46,751 nt of DNA. Origin: Trichomonas gallinae. Its lineage: Eukaryota. A program made the position numbers and the translations under genes. Under the pieces are notes generated by a model, which saw nothing but the letters and a program-made list of their open reading frames with translations, was not told where the DNA came from and did no database searches. Numbering within the stretch: the first letter of the stretch is position 1; each line of letters opens with the position of its first letter. Shown here piece by piece: positions 1-10,932 of the stretch. Location of the stretch: assembly GCA_008369845.1 (NCBI GenBank), contig MRSU01009278.1, positions 1 to 46,751 on the forward strand, written 5' to 3'.

Positions 1-78
1 GGATATGTAGTCTAAATATCGTTGTTGGGATACATCCTCTATATCTAGAATGACAAGTAGCCCCCGTCATATACTACT
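1..78. mobile_element. Probable terminal inverted repeat end of a Maverick/Polinton element, cut by the window edge
   Basis: The plus strand ends ...CATATACTACT at 78; the minus strand reads AGTAGTATATGACGGGGG..., the AGTAGT microsatellite-like terminus typical of Polintons. The junction coincides with the premature stop of the adjacent gene. The other end is not visible. Confidence 0.5.
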
Positions 79-1279
79 GATATGCACCAAGAACTTCAAT
101 GGCAACTGCACCTTTATTCATGCAGAAGCATCTGAAAAAGTGCGAACCGTTTCCTGAAATAATCAATTTAATGCTAGCAAAAATTTTTCCAACTTGTGCC
201 AAACTCTGATGGTCTTCAATTGTCTCCCATCTGTATTTGGGGAAATTGGCCTTGAGTGAATTCAACATTTGGTCAAAGTTTAATATCGTTCTCCTAGCTT
301 TTCTGTTATAGCAGCAATATCTTGTTAATTTGATTCCATCCAGGCCTAATTTCTCGTGGATAAGCTTCTTGATTTCAGTCAAAGGACGTCCATAGTATGA
401 TATTTGAGGAAGCGGGTTGTATGCGTAATATAATCTGTGACAATAGATCAATTCTGATCCTTGCTGTGGCGCGATTCTATTTTCTCTTGGTACATCCAAA
501 AGGTCTAATGTTTCATGTGCACCTGGGATATTTGGAACATTCAAAAGTTTGTATGTGTGAATAATATTTTTAGGCAATAGTATTAGCGGGGCAAGATAGT
601 CCATAAACCAATGACCATACTGATATACAAACTCGTGTCCGAAGCATATGGCATTATCTACAGTTTTGACCACTTTTCCTGTTCCAACGCCTCTTTTTGA
701 GTAAAACCAGGTATCATCAGTCGGGATGATATGAAATCCTGGAACTGAAATGCCTGACTGACGATTCACGTAGATATTTCTAAGAAGACCAATTGTTAAA
801 CGAAAACGCTGAAGTTCTGGTGGAAATACAACTGGATTTTTAGGGTGATCATCTTGTTCAGTCCATTTTCCATGTATTCTGGATTGTGCACCGTCCCAAT
901 TAACAGGTTCATCAAAATTAATTTCATTTATAATGTATTTTTTAGGAATAGAAGTGATTCTTACTGCGCTTGTAATCTCTTTAACCGCGGGCTCGAAGGA
1001 AATTTCTTCCTCCTCCTTTTTTTCTTGTTTCGGTGTTGGATGTGGCGTAGGCTGTATTTTAGTCTGTTGAATAGTCGGAGTAGGTTGTTGTTTAGTGTTT
1101 ATTGGCATTTCTGTTGTAAGATTTTGTTTTACTTCAGTTTTTGGTAATTGAGATCGATAATTATCTGAATAATCATATATCATGGGAAGATCTTGTAAGC
1201 CTTCACATGTCATTACGATGGAATATGAGGTAAGCGAGGCAAAAACAAGCAGTAACTGAATATAATAATGAAGCATCAT
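74..1279 (-). CDS. Glycosyltransferase family 61 (DUF563-like) type II membrane protein, probably C-terminally truncated
   Basis: N-terminal hydrophobic anchor, P/T/Q-rich stem, YGHWFMDYL motif, NRKARRTILN, and IISGNGSHFFRCFCMNKGAVAIEV, which aligns to the GT61 HGAGLxNxxFxxxGAxVIE motif. The ORF ends 5 residues after that motif. Confidence 0.75.
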   Translation of the reverse strand: MMLHYYIQLLLVFASLTSYSIVMTCEGLQDLPMIYDYSDNYRSQLPKTEVKQNLTTEMPINTKQQPTPTIQQTKIQPTPHPTPKQEKKEEEEISFEPAVKEITSAVRITSIPKKYIINEINFDEPVNWDGAQSRIHGKWTEQDDHPKNPVVFPPELQRFRLTIGLLRNIYVNRQSGISVPGFHIIPTDDTWFYSKRGVGTGKVVKTVDNAICFGHEFVYQYGHWFMDYLAPLILLPKNIIHTYKLLNVPNIPGAHETLDLLDVPRENRIAPQQGSELIYCHRLYYAYNPLPQISYYGRPLTEIKKLIHEKLGLDGIKLTRYCCYNRKARRTILNFDQMLNSLKANFPKYRWETIEDHQSLAQVGKIFASIKLIISGNGSHFFRCFCMNKGAVAIEVLGAYQ

Positions 1280-2153
1280 TGATAATAATTAAGGTTAATG
1301 CCGAGTAAAAATTTTCATCATGAAAAAACAATAACGTATTTGTGAGTGATCTTGTCACTTTTATTTCAAAATTTAATATTATTGTTATATGTTATAGTAA
1401 TATTTATTAAAGATTTGGATTGCTTTTGCGCCCGTAAAACTTTACAAAATTAAAAATCGTTTAAATCTTATCGGTCATACAAATGAAGCCTTTTTGAAAA
1501 ATAAAAATGCTTTCAGACTTCAATCGTGTGGCCGATGTATAAATCACCCCAATATGCATCTACTCAATATCGAAATATGCGCACAATTCATCGTGCAATT
1601 AGATATTAGGATTTTAATTCGATTCTCTTTATTTCCATTGAGAGTTAGAGTATGCACTATTTTGGTCACAAAACAACAACATCAAATACCTTTATGTGAC
1701 TTAGGAGACTTAAATGCATATTAACAAAGTTACAATATTGAAGTTTCTAATTGATTGGTATATCTTTCAAGAATATTTTAAGTATTATGTAGAAAAAAAA
1801 TCATGTAACATTCGTAAAACTATCGGGTAAATGAATCATTGTCATAAATTATGAACATGGATTGATGATGAAGGTCTGGGAACTTGTGAAAATAAAATTT
1901 TTTGATTGAGATCGAGAAATATTATTTTAATTTCGAAGAATTGATAAGTTAACTAGTGAATTAGGATATACCGAGTTTTTCTAGCAGTTGTAGTCTAACT
2001 TGGAAACGATCTTTGCTATTTTCAAATAATGATTTTTGTTTTATCGAAAATAAGAAGTTTTCATTCAGTCTGAACGGAAGTTGTAATGACTACTATACGA
2101 TGAATCGCTTGCCTTCGGTTGACATCTACTCGTTAAAAATATAGGCAACCAGT

Positions 2154-3506
2154 TCAGTTTTCATGAAAATATTGATTTAAAATCTCAGCTGCTTCATCAG
2201 CATATTCTAAATCAGAAGTAGAAATCTCTTGGAGAAACTCAATTATTTTTTGGATGTGGTCTACTGGAAATCCATGGCGGACGAATGATAAAACGACAAA
2301 GTTGAAGACTTCAAGTGATACTGAAATAAGTTCATCAGAATTATCAATAAAAGAAATAATATCCTCAATAAATTCTTGATTGAAAGTTTGTATGAAGAAA
2401 TCGGCAGAAGATAAGCGCCATATCTTCAAAACTACCATTATATACAGCTTTTGAAGTTCGTAAGACTCATTTGGATAAATTTCATCCCAAATGAATTTAA
2501 CTTCAATGATTCGCAGATATGATGGATACTGGCTTTCAAGAGATAGTTTTGATGAAAATAAAATTAGATATGATTCTGCAACATCTGGTTTTTTATCTCT
2601 TACGGTTCTAACAATGGCATCAGGGAGTTCAGACCATTGGATGTTTTGCGATAATTCATAAACTAAGTCATGATGGGCTTCAGAATGTGAAAAAAATTTC
2701 GAAATTAAATCAATGGGGTATTTCGAGTCGGAGTCAAATGCTAAGTCTGTTAATACTTCAAATATTTGCGATAATTCGTTTGTTATATCAACTTTGTCAT
2801 ATATTTTCAATAAAATTTCTGTTACTGATATTTGGATGTTTTCATTATCACATGATACTAGTTGAATCGAAATATTAAATATATTTTCGAGCAACGTGTT
2901 ATAATTCGTTGCGTATTTGAAAAATTTGAGAATTGAACGAATAATTTCTTCAATATATATCCCTGTCGTTTCTTCTGTTATATGCGGACATAGATCTGAA
3001 AAGATTTCTTGAAAAATAGTCATAATATCATTTTCTAGTAAAAGATTTAAATTTGCTTCATTATCGTAAATAGAAATCATGAATATATCGACAATTAGTG
3101 TTATTTCTGTGTAATTAATCGGATAGTTTGAGCAAAGTGCTTTGAAATACTCAAGAATATTGAGTTCTAAAATGATTTTAAAGATCATTGGGTATTTAGA
3201 CAGTATATACCAAAGAATTGCGTAAATATGCTGTTTCACAACCATTTGATCTGTATTTAATGCATTAATTGTTAAGATTTTGATAAAATCATTTTCTTCG
3301 ATTGCGTTAATTGACGGAAAATCGTTATTTTTAAGTCTTTTGTAAACAGTATTGAGTAATTCTACAAGTAAAATGTAGCTATCATGATCAAGATCGCGTT
3401 GGATTAATGAAACAATCTTAGGAATCGCTTCAGTGGCGTCAATATCGATATTAGCATCATGACCCACATCTGGAATTTCTATTGCAGACACTTTTATAGA
3501 ATTCAT
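2154..3506 (-). CDS. Hypothetical alpha-helical ARM/HEAT-repeat-like protein (450 aa)
   Basis: Long ATG-initiated ORF, I/L-rich amphipathic helices, TCA(T/A)-pyrimidine leader upstream. Confidence 0.75.
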   Translation of the reverse strand: MNSIKVSAIEIPDVGHDANIDIDATEAIPKIVSLIQRDLDHDSYILLVELLNTVYKRLKNNDFPSINAIEENDFIKILTINALNTDQMVVKQHIYAILWYILSKYPMIFKIILELNILEYFKALCSNYPINYTEITLIVDIFMISIYDNEANLNLLLENDIMTIFQEIFSDLCPHITEETTGIYIEEIIRSILKFFKYATNYNTLLENIFNISIQLVSCDNENIQISVTEILLKIYDKVDITNELSQIFEVLTDLAFDSDSKYPIDLISKFFSHSEAHHDLVYELSQNIQWSELPDAIVRTVRDKKPDVAESYLILFSSKLSLESQYPSYLRIIEVKFIWDEIYPNESYELQKLYIMVVLKIWRLSSADFFIQTFNQEFIEDIISFIDNSDELISVSLEVFNFVVLSFVRHGFPVDHIQKIIEFLQEISTSDLEYADEAAEILNQYFHEN

Positions 3507-3584
3507 CTAAAAATTGATGAAAAAAATCAAAAACAAATAATGACTAAAATTTAAATTTACCTATCAAAAACACAATCTTTATTA

Positions 3585-5366
3585 TTATTGCGCATTTGGC
3601 TGAGCCTTATCAGGTTCCTCCAAAATTTCTTCTTCTTCTATAACAACAAATTCTTCTTCTTCAATGAACATCTCCTCTTCTTCATGATTTGATGCGATTG
3701 CGAAGTCATTTCCTACTGCTTGGACTACTTCTTTATCTAAATCATCTTCGTATAGGAATGTTCCAGGTGGATCTTGTGATCTTTCCGGCAATCTCGCAAT
3801 CTTTTCTCTATCTACAACAGTTGGTCTGACGTATTCCGGCCTTTCTTTCAGTTTAAGGAGTTTATCCTCATCAAATTCTTTTTCTTTCATGATATACGGG
3901 TACCCTCCTCTCGTTGGTTCTGTTCCATATAAGTTTTCGATTGCTTTCTGGACAATGGCAGAAATATTCTCGTAAAAATCCTCGTCGACAACTAATGCGT
4001 TTCCTGTAACTGTTGTCGTTGTTGTCGCTGCAGCCCTTGATGACTTTGAGTGCTTGGAGCTTGAGCTGGATTCCATCTGCTGCGACTCTTTCATCTGCTG
4101 CTCTAAGTAATTCTTTTGCTGCGAAGATGAGAGCCACTTCATTAAGTTTGCGGGCCTCCTCTCTTCTGGCTTCCTGTCTGTGACTTCCTCCCATTGCGTC
4201 GGGATGCGGCCTTCTCGCTTCATGCGTTTGAGCTGGTCAATCTCTTCCTGGGCAGCACGGAGAGCCAAAATCTTCGCTTGCTGCTCTTCGCGCTTTTTAT
4301 TCGCTTCGTTTTCGGCGGCTTGAGCGGCTGGACCGACGAGACGCTTCTTGTGGTCTATGAAATCTGCACGGCGCTTAACTGTGCCTTCGTTTTCTGCTTC
4401 TTCGAATTCTCGAATATCATTCATTTTATTAACTGAGATAGCGCCTTTATATCTTGATCTACGCATTGTTCTAGCAGCGATCTTTTCCCTTTTGTCTTCT
4501 TCTTCATCCAATTTCACGGCAGTTCCATCTGGTAAAATAGCACCAAAGCGTTTTGAGTAATGGATTGTTGGGCCAAGATTCTCATCGCTAGATGATTCGC
4601 TTTCATTGGTTTCTGTTTGGCCAAGGCCGAGTTTTTCCATTTCGATTTCATCCATTGATGAGCTAGAATCAAACTGGTCATTCATCTCGTTTTCTTGAGC
4701 AATTTGAGCAACACCTTTCATGACATCAGCAATAACTTTCTGTTTTGTAACTGTTCCCGTATTTGTAACAGCCATCGCAGTAAAACCTCCACCAACGGGT
4801 AGATTTTCATCGTTAAGTGCTGATTTACGAACACCACCGAAACGAGCAGCTGCATTTCCAAATTTCTTTTTAATTTCAGGTTGTTCTTTACGAAGACCAC
4901 GCCCAAATCCTATAGGACCACCACCGAATCTCTCTGCTACCGTTTGTGGTGGATTATTTGGCGGCGTATTAGGATTTGGTTGCGGAGTTTGTTGTTGTGG
5001 AACTTTCTGCTGTACTGGCTGTTGTCTTGAATCTGACTGTGCGTTGGCTGATCTTCCCCATGCGGCAACTTTCTTTTTTGCCTCTTTTTCTGCTTCCTGC
5101 TCTTGTTCGAGTTGGTTGAATGAAAATATACCGGTATCGACATCTTTTGGTTTGTCATGGAGCTTGCCAGCAGCCCAATCAGAGCGAAGGAACTGTTGTG
5201 CGAGCTCATCCATCTCCTTGGTGTTAACAGCAATCTTACCAACGGATAAACCTGTCTTTTTGAACGCAATTCTCTCAACAGTTTGAGGCTCTTCTTCTCC
5301 AGTTTCAACATATCGCCCTTGTGCGGCCACAAATTGCTTTTGTGCGCCTTTCTTAAGCGAAGTCAT
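3585..5366 (-). CDS. Hypothetical low-complexity/coiled-coil protein (593 aa)
   Basis: Long ORF with Q/P-rich, FGG-rich and acidic segments; ends TAATAATAAA; TCATAC leader just upstream. Confidence 0.8.
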   Translation of the reverse strand: MTSLKKGAQKQFVAAQGRYVETGEEEPQTVERIAFKKTGLSVGKIAVNTKEMDELAQQFLRSDWAAGKLHDKPKDVDTGIFSFNQLEQEQEAEKEAKKKVAAWGRSANAQSDSRQQPVQQKVPQQQTPQPNPNTPPNNPPQTVAERFGGGPIGFGRGLRKEQPEIKKKFGNAAARFGGVRKSALNDENLPVGGGFTAMAVTNTGTVTKQKVIADVMKGVAQIAQENEMNDQFDSSSSMDEIEMEKLGLGQTETNESESSSDENLGPTIHYSKRFGAILPDGTAVKLDEEEDKREKIAARTMRRSRYKGAISVNKMNDIREFEEAENEGTVKRRADFIDHKKRLVGPAAQAAENEANKKREEQQAKILALRAAQEEIDQLKRMKREGRIPTQWEEVTDRKPEERRPANLMKWLSSSQQKNYLEQQMKESQQMESSSSSKHSKSSRAAATTTTTVTGNALVVDEDFYENISAIVQKAIENLYGTEPTRGGYPYIMKEKEFDEDKLLKLKERPEYVRPTVVDREKIARLPERSQDPPGTFLYEDDLDKEVVQAVGNDFAIASNHEEEEMFIEEEEFVVIEEEEILEEPDKAQPNAQ

Positions 5367-5390
5367 TGAAAAGTATGATTTCCTAATTCA

Positions 5391-5422
5391 TTTACATGAC
5401 AAAAATTTTATTTTTTGACATT
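5391..5422. promoter_or_regulatory. TGWCATGTAAA motif (minus strand) with a partner TTTTGACAT half-site
   Basis: TTTACATGACAAAA-N8-TTTTGACATT, ending 25 bp upstream of the ATG at 5366. Confidence 0.5.
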
Positions 5423-5811
5423 ACATTTTGATAAATTTTTAGATATTGCGAATTGCGGTCTACAACATACGGGATAAAAACTTTATGTTGTTACTAATAT
5501 GATGTATTTATAGCGCTGGAAGTCTTTTGGCAACATTTTTAGCCCTTTTGTTATTTTTGGATTTTATTTGACATGTAAAGAATACAATTAAACAAATTTT
5601 GTCAATAATATTTATCGAGTAAAGCTTCTTTACCCGGAATTGAAATGAATGTATTTATATTGACATTCCCAAGGTCTGGCTTCCTTTCAAATATGTCATA
5701 AGAGTATCATCATACGGCATATTCATGTTGTAATATGACACCAAAGTACGATGCAAAATAAAAATGACTTGTAAATAATGTAAAGTATTTTTTTTGACAA
5801 TTTTAAATGAA

Positions 5812-5840
5812 TTTGTCATGTAAACGATACATGTCACTTT
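5812..5840 (+). promoter_or_regulatory. TGTCATGTAAA motif followed by initiator (Inr) TCACTTT
   Basis: TTTGTCATGTAAA at 5812-5824 and TCACTTT at 5834-5840, 10 bp before the ATG at 5850. Confidence 0.6.
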
Positions 5841-5849
5841 TATTCAATA

Positions 5850-6440
5850 ATGGATTCGAATCAAATCGAGGACATCTTTTGTGATAAGCTAAACACAATG
5901 GACAGACTCGATGAAGTTGAAGCAACTGCTATTTCGTGGTTTTTAGGCGATTACAAAGCATGCGCAGACAATTTTGTTAAACAAATATATTTTTTGTTGG
6001 TAAATCCGATGAATGCTAAGCATTACGTAAGAGAATTACCAGTAATGAATCTGTTTTTGATAATTGATGTTATGATTTCCAAGTGCGATAAAAAATACAC
6101 AGAATTAGTTTCGAAAATGATTTTAGAAGTTGTTCAACTCGTTCTCCAAAGATTAGATCCAGAAACTGCTAAAGAATTACGAGGTTTAATTGATACTTGG
6201 ACGGGAAATAAATATTTCGATGAAGGAATTTCGACAGAATTACAAAACATATTCAAGATGCAGAACAGACAAATGAACCAGGTGTTCATGGCAACGCCAC
6301 TTATATACTCTGGCGCTGAAAAATTTGAAGAAGAAAAAATAAATAATGAGCCACTAGGCTCTCGTGGATGGATTAAACCACTGCCAGACTGGATTACTGG
6401 CCAACATACTATTGTTGAAATTCCTTTGCAAACATTTTAG
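5850..6440 (+). CDS. Pcf11-like CTD-interacting domain (CID) protein, minimal form
   Basis: LFLIIDVMISK...YTELVSK...LRGLIDTW matches CID helices; C-terminal SRGWIKPLPDWI resembles the Pcf11 SRxWxxxxxxW Clp1-binding segment. Confidence 0.65.
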   Translation: MDSNQIEDIFCDKLNTMDRLDEVEATAISWFLGDYKACADNFVKQIYFLLVNPMNAKHYVRELPVMNLFLIIDVMISKCDKKYTELVSKMILEVVQLVLQRLDPETAKELRGLIDTWTGNKYFDEGISTELQNIFKMQNRQMNQVFMATPLIYSGAEKFEEEKINNEPLGSRGWIKPLPDWITGQHTIVEIPLQTF

Positions 6441-6527
6441 AATAAAATATTTGTTACTTTTGTAGTTTTATCAAATATTTGTTATCTTTATTTTTGACAT
6501 TGAATAATTGTTTATCATTTTTTAATA

Positions 6528-7847
6528 ATGTCTCTGGATCAATCGATCTTCAATCAAAAAATCAATAATCCTGATTTTTTACGTTCCCTTGAAATTGAAT
6601 CACAGATACCGGATCCTAATCAAGAGATAAATCTGCAATTTACGCATAATATCATTATTCAGCTTTCGAATTCATTAGAAACACAAAATAATATTTCAGA
6701 TTTCGTCAGATATACTTCAATAGTCCCTAAATTAATTGCATATTTGTCTCAAATTCAAGATAATATTTTTTTATCAGATATATTGAAATTAATTATCATA
6801 ATAGTTAGCAGATCATCATATTCTATCGAAATGTTTACAAATTGCGACATTGTTGCTCATCTAATTCCAATTCTTCAAAAACACATAATTGATCTTACGG
6901 TTTTATCTCTTAAACTTATATCAAAATTATCTTTTTCATCTTCAGGAAGATGCCACATTATATCAACAGGCATCATTCTTGTAATAATCGAAATTATTCG
7001 CGAAAAAGTTAAAATTCCAAGTCTTCCCACATATGAAGATGTATTCGAGTCACTTAGCTGCATTAGAGTTTTTCTTCACCGTGATAAGGATAATAGCATA
7101 AATCATAAAATTATTTCTGATTTGCTCATTGAACTCTCAAATTCTGCTAATTTTGATCGTATATCATTCCATTACTTTGAGCTTCTGTATGAGTTTTATT
7201 CAAAAACCAATCCAGAAATTTTAATTCAAACAAATTTCCTTGAAAACTCATATACTTTTCTGTTTTCGGACAGATACCAGAATTCTATTCTTATAGTATC
7301 GAAAATAATTAGTACATTAGCTTACGATAACCCAGAAATTCTTTTAGATTTTGCAATGAATTTAGATATCAATGCTCTAGCGAACAAAATCAATATTGAA
7401 ATGCTGCAACGAAAAAATCTAGCTGCACTGATAATAATGATTTCTAATTTGACGTTTTTGCAGGATTTTCCTGAGAAAATTTTGCAATCAGAAAGAATGC
7501 ACGCAATTCTCATGGAGCTTTATGAATCTGTACAGCTTAGCAGTAAAATAGAGCTGATAAACCTATTGTGGGCCTTAGTATTAAACACGGCAGTCGAAAA
7601 TTCGATGAATTACATAACAAATGATTATTTACAAGATATGATGGATATTTTCAACATTGAAGACAGTAGTTTTACAGATATTATAGAGCAGAAGGTTATC
7701 CCATACATGAAAGCACTTTCGGTTGCAGGTTTTTTCACAGATGAGAGAATTAATATTGCAAAATCTGTTTTAGAAGAAGTAGTTTTAGATCCAGTCAATG
7801 ATAAAGTACTAGAAATGGCTCAATACCTCCTCTCATCAATTTTTTAA
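6528..7847 (+). CDS. Hypothetical ARM-repeat-like protein (439 aa)
   Basis: Long ORF with ARM-like helices (IVAHLIPIL, IISTGIILVII, MISNL, LLWAL); Inr TCATTTT just upstream. Confidence 0.8.
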   Translation: MSLDQSIFNQKINNPDFLRSLEIESQIPDPNQEINLQFTHNIIIQLSNSLETQNNISDFVRYTSIVPKLIAYLSQIQDNIFLSDILKLIIIIVSRSSYSIEMFTNCDIVAHLIPILQKHIIDLTVLSLKLISKLSFSSSGRCHIISTGIILVIIEIIREKVKIPSLPTYEDVFESLSCIRVFLHRDKDNSINHKIISDLLIELSNSANFDRISFHYFELLYEFYSKTNPEILIQTNFLENSYTFLFSDRYQNSILIVSKIISTLAYDNPEILLDFAMNLDINALANKINIEMLQRKNLAALIIMISNLTFLQDFPEKILQSERMHAILMELYESVQLSSKIELINLLWALVLNTAVENSMNYITNDYLQDMMDIFNIEDSSFTDIIEQKVIPYMKALSVAGFFTDERINIAKSVLEEVVLDPVNDKVLEMAQYLLSSIF

Positions 7848-8165
7848 TCAAAATTAAAAAATTTAATTTCTTCTATCAAAAACCCCATTTAATTGTATCA
7901 TATTGATAATGAAGCCGAATATATTAGTATATTATTGTTGTGTATTTTAAATATAAAATATATTATGTTAAATCAACATGATAATGTGTATTTGCAATAA
8001 TATCAGGAAGTATATTAATTGGAAAAATGCTTAGTTTGGTGTTTTCTCTAATATTTTTTTTTTGAAATTATAAATCTAATGAAAATATGATAAAAAACAA
8101 GTAATATCAATATTATTAAACAACACAATTTAATACATGAACAACAAAATGAATATCGAAAAAAA

Positions 8166-10487
8166 TTATTGACGTAAATCTTTCACGATTTGGACGAATG
8201 AGTACTGCTGATCTGTTTGCCTTAGCAGTTCAGCGTTGTCTATATCTGGAACATAGCGTAGAGGGAAATCCCAGCTGACTTTTGGCTTGTTTATGATGAG
8301 TTGGCGTTTTGCAGTCGATCTTGGTTTCACTTTTTCGTATCTTTTATCTTCTTCAACGAGCGGGAATTCCTGCAAGCTTCCATTAGGGATGTCTCTTGTT
8401 CTTAGACTCCTGTCCCTCCTTCCTCTTCCTTTCTCATTGACAAGGCTGAATTCTCGAGAAACAACAATGGAAGGCAGAGAAACTTCATCAACGATCAAGC
8501 CTGATTTCTTGTTTGACTCCGAACTTTCTTCTTCTTCCGAATACGAAGACTCATTGCCTTCGTTGTTGATCATCTCTATTGCTGAGCGTGGCAGATATGG
8601 AGGGAAGAAGTCGTTAGGAACGAAATAGTACGAAGAAACAACAGGATCATCAGGCCACTCTTTAGGATAAGGCTTGCATCCTAAATCATGGATCATTTGG
8701 CGCAGCTGAGTGATATTAGAGTCGTTTTGGAATACAATTATATCATTCAGAGGTATGCTGAAGCTGATGGGACGATGCAAATCGCGCAAAGGCTGCAATG
8801 CGTTGATGTATTTGTCGCATGATGTTACACTCGTTGAGTCGACAGCCAAACCTTGTAACTTCGGACATTTTGATAATGCGTTGAGCAAAGTGTTCAAGCT
8901 TCTGTCTTCAACTTTGTTCGCGCAGTAGTCCAAAAACATAAACCTAGGAGCAGTCTGGACGGCATTGCAAATAGGAAGGACATCGCTGATCTTTTTCTGG
9001 TTCGAGCCGCGGACCAACAAATTTTCGATGACTTTGTTTCCTTTAATGAAGTCGACGAGATATTGGTAGTTCTCGTCATCAATGCAGCCGTTGATAGACA
9101 AGTATTTGATGTTTCCTGACTTCCGCAAGAAATCGAAAAACTCAGGAGAAACAGGGTTTTCATCCCACCTGATGTTCTGTAGGTTCCTAGCTTCTCTGGT
9201 TGCTATGTATTTGTTAAACTTCTTCCAGTTTTTCTCTTCGATTTGTATCTTAGAGAAAGAACAAACAAAACGCTTCAAGTCTTGCTTTGACGCGTGATTT
9301 GTCACGTACCCGAAGAACGCGATTAAGTCATCGACCTCCCAGCGAATGTCATCTGCTGATATATTGGATAGTTTCGGTGGGAAAGTTATATTCTTTCCAA
9401 CGATTTGTGTTCCGAAGTTCATAGAAACATTCAAGCCGCGCAAATTAGGAAGATCTGCGGATGAAATCGCCTCGAAAATTTCGCCGAGAGACTTTCCGCA
9501 GTTGCATAGCGATAACGCGTAAAGGCTCTTGACGTGCGGAAGCAGATATGCAACGTTGAAGAACGCGTTGTTTTCGAGGCTGATGTACCTGAAGCTCGAA
9601 AGGTCGCTGTTTTCCTGGAAATGGTCGAAAGAATCCTTGTTCAAGCAGTGATCGAAAATCAAAGACGTAAGGTTTTTTACCCTGCCGATGTGCATGATGA
9701 CGTCGACTTCTTCATTGGAGAAAGCAATGCCTGTGAAAGACAAGGCAACTAATCTTGGATTTTTCGCGCTTTTTAGGGCTTGAAGGAAACTCTTGAATCC
9801 TTCGCCAGTGTGGCACCCAATGAAGCACAGCTTATCGGCAGTTTGAAAATCGTAGTATTTAGCAACAATATCGAAAATGTCGAATTCTTTAACTTTCTTG
9901 AAGATAAGAGTTTTGAATGTATATTCTAGTTTGAGTGCCATGAAAACAGCTTGAAAAGACTCAGAAGTTTGCGGTATTTGCGATAAATCGAGAACTTTTG
10001 AACTGATTTTAATGTCTTTGACGATATTTAAGTAGTCATTTATGGAAATATTACGGCAAATAGTGTGAAGATAATAAGAAAGTCTCCAAACAAGCGAAAC
10101 TCCTGAATGAGGAGGCAAATCTTCTGTTAACTTCGGCATGTTGATGGATTTGAATTCAGCATCACTCAATATCCTATGTATGTGGTATATGATGGTTTTG
10201 TATGCTTTTTCGAAGTTCTGCGTTTGAAATTTGAATTGAGTATCATTTGAAAAAAGGAGTAAAACTGTATCATTTTCGATTTTCATTTCTTTGAGGAGGT
10301 ACCATGGATAGTTGTGCTTTTCTTTAACTGCCTTTGTTAAGACAAATAGGAAATTTTCGCAAACAACCATGATTCTCGGCGCTGTTCCTCCCCTTTTGTG
10401 GTGCTTTGTAACTAATTCAGAGTATATATTAACCATATTCTTACTTTTAACGAAATTTGCAACTTTTTGCTGTTGAGAAACGTTCAT
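8166..10487 (-). CDS. Leucine-rich repeat protein with CARMIL-type N-terminal PH domain (773 aa)
   Basis: N-terminal VTKHHKRG...PRIMVVCENFLFVL PH-like strands; RNI-like LRRs (LYALSLCNC, LRGLNVSMN, IKYLSINGC). Confidence 0.75.
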   Translation of the reverse strand: MNVSQQQKVANFVKSKNMVNIYSELVTKHHKRGGTAPRIMVVCENFLFVLTKAVKEKHNYPWYLLKEMKIENDTVLLLFSNDTQFKFQTQNFEKAYKTIIYHIHRILSDAEFKSINMPKLTEDLPPHSGVSLVWRLSYYLHTICRNISINDYLNIVKDIKISSKVLDLSQIPQTSESFQAVFMALKLEYTFKTLIFKKVKEFDIFDIVAKYYDFQTADKLCFIGCHTGEGFKSFLQALKSAKNPRLVALSFTGIAFSNEEVDVIMHIGRVKNLTSLIFDHCLNKDSFDHFQENSDLSSFRYISLENNAFFNVAYLLPHVKSLYALSLCNCGKSLGEIFEAISSADLPNLRGLNVSMNFGTQIVGKNITFPPKLSNISADDIRWEVDDLIAFFGYVTNHASKQDLKRFVCSFSKIQIEEKNWKKFNKYIATREARNLQNIRWDENPVSPEFFDFLRKSGNIKYLSINGCIDDENYQYLVDFIKGNKVIENLLVRGSNQKKISDVLPICNAVQTAPRFMFLDYCANKVEDRSLNTLLNALSKCPKLQGLAVDSTSVTSCDKYINALQPLRDLHRPISFSIPLNDIIVFQNDSNITQLRQMIHDLGCKPYPKEWPDDPVVSSYYFVPNDFFPPYLPRSAIEMINNEGNESSYSEEEESSESNKKSGLIVDEVSLPSIVVSREFSLVNEKGRGRRDRSLRTRDIPNGSLQEFPLVEEDKRYEKVKPRSTAKRQLIINKPKVSWDFPLRYVPDIDNAELLRQTDQQYSFVQIVKDLRQ

Positions 10488-10932
10488 TTTCTTGCAAAAA
10501 TCTGTTATAACGAATTTTAATGCGACACAGTTTATATTTCATCATAAAATTGTGAAAAAATGACTTTTTGCAATTCATATCTCCCCATTTTTTGATTTTC
10601 GAAATTTTTAAACCGAAAAATATGATAAAATTCTGTTTTATATCCTTATATCTACTATATAACTATTTTTGTGATTAATGACAACAATAATAGTGATCAA
10701 ATGCTATTTTTTATTATTTTTATAAAATAAATTCAATTTTGTTGCAAGTTAATCATAAATTTATAATCATTTTCGATCAAAATCAAGAATATTTAATCAG
10801 AAATGAATGATTTCGCATTAAATTTTTACAATCTAAAATTATTTTTGTAAAATTCTTGATGAATATATATACAGAAAAGCAAAACTCTATTTTATTGTTA
10901 AAAACATGTATAATAAACGATGTAGAAAGCAA

